Shown: piece by piece, positions 37,301 through 52,300 of the stretch
Layout: every line of letters begins with the position of its first letter
How positions within the stretch are numbered: the first letter of the stretch is position 1
Source of the DNA: Lytechinus pictus
Lineage: Eukaryota
Length of the DNA stretch: 64,000 nt
Assembly (NCBI RefSeq): GCF_037042905.1
Contig: NC_087258.1
Coordinates: 682,001-746,000 of the forward strand
Reading direction: 5' to 3'
Program-made: the position numbers and the translations under genes
The notes under the pieces: generated by a model
Databases searched by the model: none
What the model saw: only the letters and a program-made list of their open reading frames with translations
Told to the model about the DNA's origin: nothing

Positions 37301-40300
37301 ATCTCTCTTCTTTTTCATTGTTTGAAATATCATTCATTTTGAGAGAGAGATAAAAGGGAATCATAATCTGGACGTTCCAGGAGGAGGGAGGTATTCAAAA
37401 TGTTTGCCGATGGCTACTCACCCTCTCTGCAGTCGAGGATACTTGTTGAATCACCTTGGAGCACATTGGTGAATCCATCAGTACATTCGCACACAAACCC
37501 ATCCGGGTTCTCGGTTTTCGACACGATAACACACACGGCGTTCTCGTCACAACTCGTATCAGTACACTCCCCATCATTCAATTCTGTTTTGCAGACAGAG
37601 ATTAAAACGAACCAAAACATTATACAATACATAGATCTATGTGTAGTTTATGAAAGGGTGGAAAGATAGTTCAAGCATACGCTTTGACACATAAATTAAG
37701 TCAAGTATGATTGTATTTATAGTAAGCAATTTTGGGGTGTATGTTTTTTCGCCCTCTGCTCTTCCTTGAAGTTAATGCAATAGATTGCTCTAACTACAAG
37801 TTATATTTATTTCCTTTTCGAATATTCAATTTTACACGTGTGTCTATTTTAGATATTTACAAGTGTGATGCCTTAATTCGATATTTTGTGGAAGTTTATT
37901 GTACATATTTTATTTCATGGAGAATTATAAAAGTTGCAAAAGGAAAAGAACGAACCTGTTACCACTAAACCACTCGCACTCTGAAGCATCAGCAGTGACG
38001 TAGATGTGGACGTGTCATTGGCAAAGTGATCTTCATTTTTTATTTGGTTATACATTTCACTTTGGAGATTATCCCCTTGCTTAGACAGCAAAGCAGAAGT
38101 AAATGCAATGGTGAAATCAGCAATGATGCTGCCTTCCCGAAAGCCATTTATCTGTACTTCAATGAGAGTTCCTTCACCTATCTGTTCGCTCAGCCTTTCT
38201 AAAAGAAGCTCACGTATCTGATTGAACAAACATTCAAATAGTCATATGAATGATTGAACAACACGATCTTCTCCTTCAAATTCAACTCCAAATCAAGATT
38301 CTATAACTCATTTTACATTTTCAGTTCTATCAAAATCACAATTAATGGTAATAATCACCATAATGATACTAATAATAATAATAGCCAATTTTTATATAGC
38401 GCTTTTCCCAGAATGGCTCAAAGCGTGTTACAGCTTATAATTATCCCCGTCATTGGATTCATTTCAATCCCGCACGAAAGTGCACAATTTCCACTTCCTG
38501 AGGAGCATTCCTTGCATTCATCGCAGCCTCATTATGGCGCTGGCAAATTCAAACATACAATATATTTCGCATCCTACCGGGTACCCATTTAGCACCTGGG
38601 TCGAGAGTGGCAAAGTGTGGATTAACGCCTTGTAAAAGGACGCTAGACCGCGGTGGGATTCGAACACACGACCCTCTGTCTACAAGGCGAGAGTCAGAAC
38701 CACTACACCACGGCTCTTCCATGAGATCCTGCTTATCATCATACCTTAGTTCGCTTCCCAATATTTCATACCATAATTACAAAATTGCCATCATTTTTTG
38801 AGATGGTAATAAGATTCAATGCCAGACCATCTAATATGCCTAATTCGTCCGAATCTAAATTTCGTGTTCCTAAATCTAAGTGTTTTTCCCTTGTTTTGAA
38901 ACATTACATTTATACACAATCAGCAATTAATTGTGTTAATCATTATGACATTCTTGTTTTGTCTCCTCCATATCACTATGAGAGAACAAAATGACCACGT
39001 TGTCCGCCGAAAATCGAACCTGTGCGTTTGACTTTGAAAGCCAATCCCTGGCGAAAATGTTTCATCTCGTTTAACCATTATATAGATTTAAAGAAATGCA
39101 ATGCAAGTTTTTTAACAACTTTCTAACGTTCTTGAATTGACATTTGATGATAGCACATCTCTAGCAGGACTAGCATGATAGAACCGCTCATGCTATGCGA
39201 TTGAGCTAATTACCGCGTTAGAAACGACTTCGGCAAGCGTCTGGTATGCCTCACTGCTGGGATCGGTGAGATCGTCTGTAAGGTTAGCTTTAGTGCCGTT
39301 GACTTCAAAGATGGTCCACGACACCGAATACTCTAAGAAATCTGGGTAAAATAAAGAAAAAAAATGAAAATCTGGATCTATTGTATTTTAGCTAAGAGGT
39401 TTCGTAAGTAGAAAGGATGAGAAATTAGATTTGGCATCATACATTTGGTGAAAATCTTCCGAAGAAATTATCCCAGGTGGAAATACTTACTTTCGCAATT
39501 TCCAGCTGGGTCCCTTCTTCTCCCGGGCCTGCATGCGCATTCGCTTCCTTCACAGAGTTCTGTGTCAAAGTCACATGTGTTGTTGCATTCATCTAGAGAA
39601 ATAAGAATTCAACATAAAACAATTCTTATATCATGAATGGATATGATAACAATGTCAGCAAACGATTCCTTACAATCTCTATGTCGCTGCTTAACCCTTT
39701 GATACGTGTTTAGGATACCAGTTAGAATAAACTTGAGTCGTGCAATATTACTTCACTTCCACTTTGTGCTTAGAATAAAAATGTAGAACAGTGTGTATTA
39801 AATGATGTAGGTTAGGGTAATCATTTGGTAAAAAATAATCCACAATCGTATATGTTTTAAAGCAATCCACGAAATCAATAACGGCACCGAGAAAAGTGGC
39901 GTTAGACAACTTTTTGTTTTACTAAATTAGATGCATTACCTAAACAGGACTTAAGTTGAAATCATTTTAAAAACTGACCAACGCCAACAAAATTATGTCT
40001 TATCAATGAGATCGTTTTGTGACGGCTGATGGTTGATCTCAACTCAGAACTAATCTTGGTTCCAAAAGAAACTTATCAAACCTCACAAGAGCACTACACA
40101 AAAAATACAATGTTTCGGAGTTGGCCTCAACTTTTAAGCTAGTTTTCTCTGATTTATTATGTGAAACAGCGAGCTGATTAATGATTTATCCTGTTGAAAT
40201 GTGTTTTAATAAATAAATGAATAAGGAATTCCACTAATTCAAAATGAACAAAATTCTGACACAGACTATCATCAGTAATCTTCACTAAGCACAGGTAAAA

Positions 40301-43300
40301 CAATAAGAGATTGTTTTATTAACAAAGAAGCCGTAGCCCCTCAAAGCAATTGGTGCTGGAATCAAAAGTCTCAGTTTCAGTCTGAACTAAATTTCCATTC
40401 TTTGTTTGACTGTGGTCGAGTCAATTCATGCTTTATGCTTATTTGACCTCAATAGGTGTGTTTAAAATGTTAATTTTAACTTCCTGTAACTTCTTCGTAG
40501 TTATTGAGGCAATCAATTAAACATGCCGATGGTCATACTGTGAACTTCAATGAACTGGTAAGTTTGTTTAATCCCATTTCAATTCCATCGGTCTTTCTCT
40601 TGCAATTTTGTGACTTTGCCAATTTGGGTTTCGGAAACAACTGATTTGAGGGGCAACAACCTCTTTGTCATTAAATCAATCTCTTAATTATTGGCATGTG
40701 CTTAGTAAAGACTATTGAAGCTAGCCTGTGTCAAATTTGTTTATTTTGACTGAGTGGAATCGATGAAATGCGCTTGTGAAGTTTGATAAGTTTCTTTTGA
40801 AACCCAGTTTATATTATATCATTACATTATAAGTTTATATTTTGGTTAAATCAACCCTATATCTAGAAAAACAAGAAAACAAACAAGTGGTAAATAGACG
40901 GTCAAAGTTCTATAGACACATTCTGATGGTTCGTGTAGTTAAAGCGTAGGACTAAAAACACCTTCACTTAAGGTATACTTACCACTGCACTGCCCATTAT
41001 CTTGTCTTAATATTCCAGGAAGGCATTCGCAAACTGATCCGATGGATGAGCAGAACTCTTGGGCTCCACATGTATTGTTTCCACACGGCTCTACACAAAA
41101 TGGTGTAAACAAACATTTTCAGTTTGGTTTAAATTGTTTAATCGTTTTCTAATTGACATTAAGACAACGGTACGTACAGTAATAAATTCTGGCATTGAGG
41201 CAAGGAACAGAAAAATACAACATACTTGAGAATCATGATAAACTATTTTCAATTGAGTATGTTATTCTCTTCCAGAAATAATTTCGGTTTTATTTAGTTA
41301 CCTGCCCTGGATGTTGTAGCTGGTTTTGTAGTTGCTCTCCTCTCTGTTGACTGCGTAGAAGCTTTGGTAGTTTGTTGGCCTGTCGTTTGAACACTCGACG
41401 TTGGTCGTAAAGTCGTCAAACCTTCGGATGTGGTTCGGTCGATTCCGTCGGTTGTTTTGTCAGCTCCCTCGGTAGTGTAGATTTTTGCACTTGTGATAGG
41501 AGTTGGCATTGTCGATGGGGTTGAGACTGCAACCGTCGTAAGATCGACTGTCGAATCCGTAGAGGCATGCCCATCTGTCAACGTGGACCTTTCGTCGGTC
41601 GTACTTGCCGTAACCGTTTCTGTTTCAGTGTTGATAGTGGTTGTAACCGATTCCGTGGCGTGAGTTGACATTGTTTGTGGAGTGGAGTGTGGTTCCGTCA
41701 TAAGGCCAGTCATTGAATCCATAGAGGGCGTCCCTGTCATTGTGGAACTTTCGAGGGTCGAACTTGACGTTACCATTTTTATCCCTGTGATGATATGGGT
41801 TGTAACTGGCTCTGATGTATAAGGTAGCGTTGTCTGCGAAGTGGAGGTTGAATCAGTTGTAAGATCAGTTGTTAAATCAGTAGACAATGTCATATATGTA
41901 GTTAAAACGGTGGTACCCTGTTTTGTAGCCGCAATGATGGTATTACCAGTTTGACCTGTGCTAAGAGATGGTATTGTCTCTGAAGTGGATGTCGCATCCG
42001 AAATAGGATCAGTTCTTATGTTAGTAGAGGACGTTTCACCTGTCATTGTGGATTGGCTATTGCTCGTGGTGGTCACTACGTGTAATGTTCCCGTGCTGAT
42101 GATTGTTGAATCTTGTACAGTGCCAATAGTTGACGTTGTCTCTTGAGTATCCGTATTCGGATCGGAAGTCAAATCCGTGGATAGCGTCTTATCTGTTCCT
42201 GAGCTGTGGATGATTGTGGTTAGCTCTGTTTCGGCAGTTGAAATTGTCTGTGGACTGGAGGGGATATCAGTAGTTAGATCGGTAGAAGTATCTGTAAAGG
42301 GCATTGAACGTGTCGAAGCAACTGATCCTGTGAGTTCGTTGGTCATAATTAATTCTGTGTCTGTTGAATTGTCTGTAGTGACATCTGTAGTGAGAACTAA
42401 TGTCGTTAGCTCGGTCACCGTATCGGTCAGGTCAGTGGTAGCAGCTGAAGCCACATCGGTTGATGTTAAGAAAATGGACCCTTCTGTCGTCACAATGGTA
42501 GCTTCCGTCGATGATGTTATATCTGTAGAGAGAAATTACACAAAGGATAAATGCCAGTTTGGGGTAACGATTTCAAAATGAGTTCATTGAGAATTCAATA
42601 AAATTACCACCTAATCGCATGTTTACATTCGAAAGAGGGGGGGGGGGGGATATGTGAAAATTTAATCTGGAATAGAATGTGTAATTGCTCAGAAATTAAG
42701 AAAACATGCATGCGATTTGAGTTGAATGCCCGGGGTTTCTTTTTCAAATAATAGCAATAATAAAATGTCCCAAATGTGCTTATTTGTGTAGGCGATCTAT
42801 AATCCGATCGTTGTTCAGCTTAAAGTTCAGGATTTCACACAGTGGATTTTCAAGATAGGGTGATAAATAATGTTAGTTTTACAGACTTTCTTGTGAAATC
42901 ATAGTTTACCGCAACTATTGATTATTTTTTGATTGGTTTTAAATTTTTGCTGGCCCTAGATAGCTACATCAAAAATAATAGAAATCGTCACGAAAAATCA
43001 TATTCTGGTCCGCAAAGATAAACTTAGAACCACACTATTGAAAGAAAAATCGTTAATTTACAGGATGTTTACCTTTCAAAAAGCAGACGACATAATAACA
43101 AAATGATTTAATAAACCAAACGTGTTTACAGAGTGATATGTAACGTAGAATTAAAAGTTAAATGAAAAACAAAGTAAAATATAACAATCTTTGTAAAAAT
43201 ACAATTTTTACGTTGATTGCAGTGCATCTATCGTATAAATAGTGTTCGGATTTGTAAATTTACGGCGATTTTCACGTTACTTTTTCATGTTATTTTTACA

Positions 43301-46300
43301 GCCTATTAAACAGTTCATACTGTTTGTAAGTCCCAGCTGCCAGTAATAATCACTGTTTTTACAATTTTATTTTTAACAGTGCACTAAATCTTGAGGTGTC
43401 AAACCAATCACATAACATTCAACATTTGTGCCAGTAATGGTACGATGCCGGATGAATCATTTTACTTTATATATTGCTTGTGACTGCAAAAAAAAATACT
43501 CACCAATCACTCTTATAAGTTCGGCGATAAGTCTCAAAACGGTTGGACTTAGAGTACCGTTAACAAAACCGTCATCTGCATTTACTGCTTCGATAATAAG
43601 ATCTTGTAGCACTGACGCATTTCCGGTGAAGTTTGTGTTGAAGATCAGTGTAAAGTCCACTACGATGCTTCCAGCAGAAAACCCATCTATACGTACCTCA
43701 ATAAGGGAAGTTAGACCAAGCTGTTCGACAAGCAGATCTCTGATCTATAAAGTATGTATATAAAAAGGCCTTTGTCTTTCGAATGAAAGTCGAAATGCAT
43801 TGGTGTAAACTATTACAAATATCATACTTGTTATTCAAATAAGGAATTCGAGGTGAAATAATTACCTCCAAATTTGGGGGTAAAAAATTACCTCCATATT
43901 TTGGGCTAAAGTTTGCAGCGTTCCTTAGCCAAGTTACCCTTTTGGCCTCTCCTTAAATTGATGCCAATGATAGGGTCATAGAAGCAATGGCAGACAAGTC
44001 GGAAACGTTAGCAATATAGAAAGGTAGTCGATCACAAGAGAGTGATAAAAAGTTTTCATTAAAAGCTAAGCAAATAGCCTTTCTACATAAGTACATAAAG
44101 AAACCTTCTGTAGCAATGTCAGAGCGATATCACATTTTTATTCAAATGCACTATAAAACGTTCTCTGGTTGTCGATAAAAGACAGGTTCATCCAACGGCA
44201 TTTACGAGGAACTCTACCTAGGGAAGGCATAGCGTCCTAGTAAGACTTTTTCTGGAAAAAAAACGAATTATTAGCTATTCTAATGTACATCTCAAGTGTC
44301 ATTACGTATCCATAATTAATCTTTGGGACAAACTGTCAATCTCGACGGGTTTATTTTCTAGAAAAGAGACGATATAGGATTTGAAAGAGATGTTAATTGA
44401 ACCATATATATGACAGCTCAGCAGCCAACTTGAACCGTTACTGATCTCTTCAAAGTTTCGACAGTTCATTAACCCACACCCTTTGCCGTTTCCATCACAT
44501 TAGGTGGCGGTTAGAAGAATGTTTCTGGGGAAGGATGAAACATTGCAAAAGATCATCTTGGGAAGATCATTTTACAAGAAATTTTATATTTACATCAATG
44601 TGTGTATTGTTTGTGCAGTACAACATACGATACAGGGTGTATCAATAACGAAAGAAACCAATCTTTCTTGACTGTAAAAAAAATTATGAGAAATTCACCA
44701 ACTATTTTCATTTCATTCAGTAATATGATTATTTCCTTACTTATTCTGGTTTAGATAAAGTACTTACCGCCATTTCTAAAGCTTCCGCCAAATTTCGGTA
44801 TGCCTCGTTGTTTGGATCATGTAGATCTTCCGTGAAATTTGCCTCCGTACCATTGATTTCCTCAATGACCCAAGTGCCTTCAAGTATTATAGTGGAACCT
44901 TCAGAAACAAATCGAGCGCACATGAGGACAGAACAAACGATATTGATCTAATCTTCATATAAAGCCAAAATGGAAACGTAACACCTTTTATACTTCAAAA
45001 TTAACATTTTAACATTAAATTGTCACAACCATATCAATATTAACCGCCCATAATCTTGATTTGCAATGTTTGTCGCTCAGTTCTTCCCCATCAATCCGTA
45101 TCCTTCCCATTATCAAATCCCATGATGTCATGTGGTCGACGTTGAATTATATCGCTATGCATAATCCATTATCTAATTATATTCAAGATTTTAGATAATG
45201 GATAAGAAGGTGTAGAAGGGTATCCTCTACATAAACCACTCCATGCTAAAAAAAATATATCGCGCAGTGTTTTCCCACGAATAAGAAAAATAAAACTAAT
45301 TATTGAGCAAATAGCTGCTTGGATTTTACGATCTTCTTATAACATTAACAGAGACGATAATCCAATATAATTGTATATTGTGCTAATAAATCATAATAAT
45401 GATTCAGTGGCGTATTCTATTGGTTTCAAAAGGCGGCGGAAATTGGCGAAAGCAGAAATACGGGAAAGTGAGATTTAATTAGATTTATCAATTTTTTAAG
45501 TTCATTAAGGAAACCTAATTAAAGCCTTGATTGACTGTTGAAACACTCGTACAGAAATTAAATCTATCCACCCACCTTCCTCGATCGGGCTAGTCGTTGT
45601 TCTCGCTGTTGTTCTTCTTTCAGTTGGCTCCCTTGTCTTTATAGCCGATGTGGACCCTGTCTCTTGTGGAGTTGTAGGATGTGTAGGTATTTCAGTCGTT
45701 TGATCTGCGATCATAACAGAACTAGTTTGGGTTTGCCCTGTTCCTGAATCCGTGAAAATAAGTGTAGTGTTAGTTCTAGTATCATCGGTTGCAGTTATTG
45801 TGTCAGTTAGGAGTGAAGTCTTCTGTTCGGTCGTAAAGTATGTACTTTCCTGTGAAGATGAATGTGTCACTTGAACAGTTTTTGTTAATTCATTTGTTAG
45901 AATATCCGTTACTTGAACAGTTTGTGTAACTACATCTGAAGGTGAATCCGTAACTTGAATAGTTTGTGTAACTTCATGTGTAGGTGAATCCGTCACTTGA
46001 GCAGTTTGTGTAACTAAATGTGTGGGTAAATCCGTAACTGGAATAGTTTGTGTAACTACATATGTAGGTGAATCCGTCACTTGAGCAGTTTGTGTAACTA
46101 CATGTGTAGGTAAATCCGTAACTGGAATAGTTTGTGTAACTACATCTGTAGGTAAATCCGTCACTTGAGCAGTTTGTGTAACTACATGTGTAGGTAAATC
46201 CGTCACTTGAATAGTTTGTGCAACTACATATGTAGGTGAATCCGTCACTTGAGCAGTTTGTGTATCTACATGTGTAGGTGAATCCGTCACTTGAACAGAT

Positions 46301-49300
46301 TGTGTAACTACATGTGTAGGTGAATCCGAAACTTGAATAGTTTGTTTGATATCCTCTGTAGGTATATTCGTATTTTGAACAGTATGTATTAATTCATTTG
46401 TTGGAGAATCCGTTACTTGAATAGTTTGTATCACTTTTTGTGTAAATAGATCCGTTGGTTGAAATGTTTGTGTCAATTCATGTGTTGTTAACTCGCTAAC
46501 TGGGAAAGCTTGTGTAATTTCTTGTGTAGCAAGTCCCGTTACATGATCAGTTTGTGAAGAGAAATCAGTAACAGTCTGTGTAATTAATCGAGTCAATGTT
46601 CCTGTCGTCATATCTGAAATAGGTTCTGTCGCCGAGTCTGTAGTTTGAGCTGTCTTAGGAATATCGGTAGAAGATTCACCCGTAAGGTCTGTAGTTATAA
46701 GCAGTCTGGTGATCTTTTCTGTTACGGTCACCTCTCCAACCGTTCCAGTATTATCGTCTGTGTTTTGAAGAGTGGGTTTAATAGTCGCAGTACCATAACT
46801 GGACAATTCAGTTATCATTTCTACCGTCATATCAGTGTAAGATTCTGTAAGTTGGCCTGTCACTTCAACCGTCTGCTTAGTTCCCTTTTCAGGAGTAATT
46901 GTTAGATGAGTGGTCAGTAGATCTTTCATATCTGTCATTAATTCCGTATCAAAGTCTGTAATCGGATCTGTAAAGAGGTTGGTAGTTCTGATGATCTCTA
47001 TATTCGTCGTTGGACCATCTTTTTGAAATTCAGTTGGTATTTCGGTCTGTATTTCAGTGATGATATCAGTAAGTATGCTTTCGGGAGTTACGCCTTTAGT
47101 TTGAATCAAGGAATCAGTCGTTGCGTCCTCCGTCAAGTCCGTACTCTGATGTGGTTTAGTTTGGTCTGTCTCGCCGGTAAAATCTACGATTTCAGTAATG
47201 TAAGAGGAATATTGTGAGGAATATGCCATACCTGTCGTTCCGATAGAGATATCCAGTTCAGTGGTTCGACCTGTGAAAACTCCAGTCGTTTCGCTGAATC
47301 CTTCAGTAAAAGTAGCGTCCGTTATGACTTCCGTAGATAAGTCTGTCAAACCTGTTGTTCCCGTAAGAACTTCCAGTTCTGTGGTTTGCTCTTTAGACAA
47401 TTCAGTTGTTGGCGTTAATTCTTCGGAAACAGTAACGTCCGTCATGACTTCCGTAGATAAGTCTGTCAAACCTGCTGTTCCCGTAAGGACTTCCAGTTCT
47501 GTGGTTTGCTCTTTAGACAATTCAGTTGTTGGCGTTAAACCTTCAGTATTAGTAACGTCTGTCAAGACTTCCGTGGTCATGTCTGTCATGGGCGTCGTTC
47601 TTGTAGAGAATTCTTGTCCGGTGGTTTGTACATTTACAGTTTCAGTCGTTGGTATCAAGGTATTCGTTATTTCCTCTGTAAGCTCTGTAGTGATAGTGGT
47701 AGGCCTTAAGTCCGATGTGACGCCTGTAGATATGTCTGTTACACCTAAAATTCCAGTAGAGACATTGAACTCAGTAGATGGTTCGGTTGCTGTTGAAATG
47801 TCCGTTCCTTCCTCCGTAAACTCTAGAGTAGCAGAAAAGTCAGTTATGCCTTCTGTTGATAAATCTGCCATGGCAATCGTTCTAGATGAGACATCTTGTC
47901 GAGTTGTTTGGTCAGTGATAACTTTAGTCGTTACAGTTGGAACACCCGTTGCGTCCTCTGTTAATCCTTCACTAACCGTAAAGTCCGTTAAGACTTCTGA
48001 AGACATGTCTGTCGTTCCTATAGTTCTCGTTGAGATATATAATTCAGTGATTTGTTCGGTAGAAAATGAAGTTTCTAAAGTGGTAGCAAACGGAATTTCT
48101 GTTACGTCAACAACAGACCCTCCAGTCGTGGTAACGTCCGTTAAAACTTCTGTAGTCGCGTCTGTTCCCTTGTAAATGGTTGATGTTGGAAAATCCGTCG
48201 ATGATGTTAAAGTTGTGTCTGTTCTAAAATAACCAGTAATTTCAGGTTCCCCTACTGTAGCTGTTTCAGTTTCGTAAGTATATCCTTCCGTAATTTCCTG
48301 CATCTCGGTGGTCAGCTCAGTGTTGTATATATCCGCTGTACTAGTTATAGACATGTCGCTTTCCGTCGGTAAATAATCTATTGTCGTCTCTGTTGTTCCG
48401 ATTTCTATTGTTGTTGTTGGATCTATGTAAAAAAAAAGAAAAAAAAGATGGAATGGAAATGGAAAAAGAAAACATTTATTGATTCTGCCTTTCTTCTAAA
48501 ACTAGTATTCTAAGGAGCACATCAACAATAAACACACATACGCATTGTTTACATCTGAAGATTATGACAAGCAATCCAGATGATATTAATCAATGAATTT
48601 CAATAGCACATCTCCATCAAAACACATCTGCAATGTCCAGACTATACCAATATAGATTGACTTAATTGCCAGGAATTTTTATCATGGTTCTCTACTGAAG
48701 CTACTTCCCCTATGAAAGGATTGTGAGTCTAAACTTCTCACCAGGGCATTCTAGATTCTGGTTCCATTGTCCTGCTTCCCCATTGCATGTGAGTAGGAGT
48801 GACATCGAGTTATCGTATTTGCAAGTAAATTCCACGCTATCACCCGGAGCATATGATCCTTCTGGGTCCGCATTTGATGGCGACAGACAGAAGACTTCAT
48901 TGGAAATATAAACATAGATAACGAGACAGTTGAGTATTATTTCATTGTGAGTTAATATTGAAAAAAACATTTAAGGCAAAAGAAAGCAATGGCTGATTGT
49001 ATATTGGAATTTCACATGACAGTGTGAAAACCTGATTTTACAGGAAAAAACAAGAATTTGCAGAAAGCAATAACAGAATCATTCTGTAAATTCATAAAAC
49101 ATGAATTTTTCTACAATTTAACGGAACAGGTCTGTTTAAAAAGGGGAAAATTATGTTTTATTAAAGAAAATGTGTAAGGTTCCATACACCAAATACCAAT
49201 TTCCTGTAATTTTACATGATATAATGTAAGATTACACAATCTGGTAAGATTACAGGTGTTCTCGAGACTCTGCTGCAGGAACTTATTTTATTTTAAGGAT

Positions 49301-52300
49301 AAATTTTCTAACGGTGTATGTACTCAAATATGATATTTGTTTTATACCCGTAAACAGCTCATATATAATTTTCGCTACTCTGATAAATGATTTTGCTCTG
49401 ATATATCTAAAACAAAGATAAACACGAGAGGCATGCCATTTTCCCTTACACTAATGCGCATAAAACATGTATATTAAAACACCCTCTTACATACTAACGC
49501 ACACAATTTATTTATGTATCACTACAACTCTTTGCACTGTAATTTGCAAGAAAGAGAAGGAGAATAAACTAAAATTCATGAATTTATTAATGCAGAGTAT
49601 ATACCATCACATGACGTTGAGCTTGGGCTTGGATCCCATGTTCCATTGTTACATGTCAGTTGATTGGCGCCCTGTATGTTTCCGTATCCATCGGCACATG
49701 ATAGCGAAGCCGTTGAATGATGAGGGTATGGATCACCAGTAGATAGCAATGTTGTTTGGTTTAAGGCAGGGTCATAACAATCCACTGAAAGAGAAAAGCG
49801 AAATGAAGAGTTGATGATTTAGAAATGTTGAGTCAGTTCGACACAAAATGGGAATAAATATATTTTGCATGGTCACCGCCCCCCCCCCCCCCCACGTTAA
49901 GCGGACCGTGTGAAGCATTAGACAATGCTCTCAATGCCAGTTATGTTTGAGATCCACACAACAAATTTAGGAGGAAAAACAGCTTTAAAAACATCTTGCA
50001 ATTCCTCATGTCGTTCAATTACATATAGATAGAATGAAAGTCATTGGTAGTGAGAAGCCTAGCAACTTGGTGGTTGAGGCTATGATTAATTATCTACATG
50101 TTTTAAAAGAAAAAAACCCAGTCACTTACAGTTGCATGTAATAGCCGATAAAGTGGTCTGGAACGAACCGTCGGATGCGGAACAGAATGTGAATGGTGCA
50201 CTCCCACTTAACGTTGAACCTTCTGCGCAGGTGATACTAACAAATTCACCATTATAGAATGTATCTTCGCCTGAATTCAGGACGATATTAGTGTCGATAT
50301 CGTCTGGTCTCGAACAAGCTGAAAATAATGAACAAAAATTATGATCAACATATGAAAAAAATGTAAAAGAAAAATAGCAATCATGTCAAAGAGTACCGTC
50401 ATCCGCTTATATCTTTAAAGGGTTTAATTGGACCAGGGAAGTGGGAGTTTCTGGTTAGATTACAACATTTTCTTTACTAACGAAATGTGTGTTATGTTAA
50501 AATTGTATTGGTAAAATATCTTGGAAATTCATGAAACCTTTATATACTTGGATGAGTCCCCGTATTGTTAAAATTATCAAAATTGCATACATCATGATAG
50601 GTTTGCCCGTTTTTATAATGATAATAATCATATATTGGACTTAAATCCCACTAAACCAACTCTGTAGACATGGTAGGGCGCTTAAGGTGCTATTCAAGAA
50701 TTATGAAGGAAATTAAGAAAAGATAAAATAAAGTGTTTTAAGTTGGTTTTTAAATTTTCAGAAGTTAACTCTGTTCAGGAAGACTGTTGCATAACTTGAA
50801 GGATGAGTGGATAAATGACCCCCCCCCCCCTTCCACCAGGTCTTGGAAAATTTGGGGACAAGGAGAGAACTGGAAGTGGAAGAACGTGAGGATCTTGAAG
50901 GGGTGTAACTTTATGCCCGTTTTGAAGTGATCTTTGCCCTTTATCAAGTAGTACAAGTTATGATTTGGTTCGCCCCTTTACCTTACAGAAATATTATATT
51001 AATAATGATAATATATGAATAAATTAATTTTAAAAATACCTGGACATCTGAAAGTAGTATCAGACAAAACTCCGTCGTTGCATTCAAGCAATGCATAGTC
51101 TTCGTTGAGCGTGCAGGTAAGGTTGGTTATGGAACCATGTAGTAATACGTTACCTTCTTGAAAAGTCCCAGTAGGTGCTAAACATGGAGCTTTTAAAATA
51201 CAAACATATAAAGTGAAATATATAACGACCATTACGTGAGCTGGGATTTGGCAAAATTGTATTTGCAATGTGCGTTTCTCATGTTTGCTTTTTGTTTCCT
51301 AATGCTTTGACAATAAACAACCAAAAATAATCATCATTTCCAGACAGGTACGAATGGTTTGAGTGTAAAATTAGCTTATAAAGTTAGCCGGTAATGTTAA
51401 ATGTTTATGAAATACAAATTTAGACCACAATTTTTTATCAAACCTGGGTTGATGATGCGGGCCTAAGAATGCGTGGACAGTATTTTTTTCTTATTGTTGG
51501 GATAAGATAGTTTAGTTCACAGCAGTAACGTTTTATATATTGGGATAATTCATATTTTTCAGTGGTATAGGCCTACCATCAATAAAGTATATGAAATACG
51601 ATTATAGACAAAATAATAAACGTGATTTGATCAGTTTATTCCTTTATGGTGGGGTATAAACCACAGCAAATGATATTTATGTGAAGGAATATTTTATTGA
51701 TATTTCTACCAACATTTCCACCTCTTAATTGTTCTTTCCCAACCTTTCCTCATCGCACCACTTACTATTACTGAGCTAGTTATGCAACAAAACACAATAT
51801 CTTAATTATTTCAAGAAACTTGTAACAAAATCATGGAAAGGAATATGAATGGCATACTTAATGTGAAGCCTGGAAACGTTTAACACGGATGCTATAGTGA
51901 ATAGGCAAGAGCATAATCACGATTCATTTAACTTCTAACCGTTTCTTTTACAAAATGAAATTAATTCATTGGCAAAATAAGCAAATAGTAACCGATACAT
52001 GAAGGAAAACATGCATAAACCATTGGACGATTACGCGCAAGACCCATGGAAATGCTTATTGAAAAGCAGTAATTAGAAAAGAAAACAAAAGAACCAAAGG
52101 ACGACATCGAAATATTTTTCTAGGCTTAGTGTATTCTAATCATGGTTAATCTATATGGAATCAAATCTTTGTCTGTTATCATTGACATATTATCCATATA
52201 GGCCGACAATATTTTCCAACCAAGGGTTTTATAAAATGGATTTTTGGTCAATAGCTTTTTGCTAGTTAATGACTTAATGCTCACGTACATTAACTAATAA

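Noticed and set aside
38640-38716. tRNA gene call for SINE heads (also 54945-55017)
   Set aside because: They continue into SINE bodies and simple-repeat tails; no proper acceptor stem or terminator
39510-39535. RPGRRR as a furin site
   Set aside because: Lies inside a disulfide-closed EGF loop and is only a minimal consensus match
47261-48175. 304-aa plus-strand Val/Ser-rich ORF (also 755-1084, 6115-6462, 24368-24904, 42177-42581)
   Set aside because: Antisense shadows of Thr-rich mucin codons; no independent coding evidence
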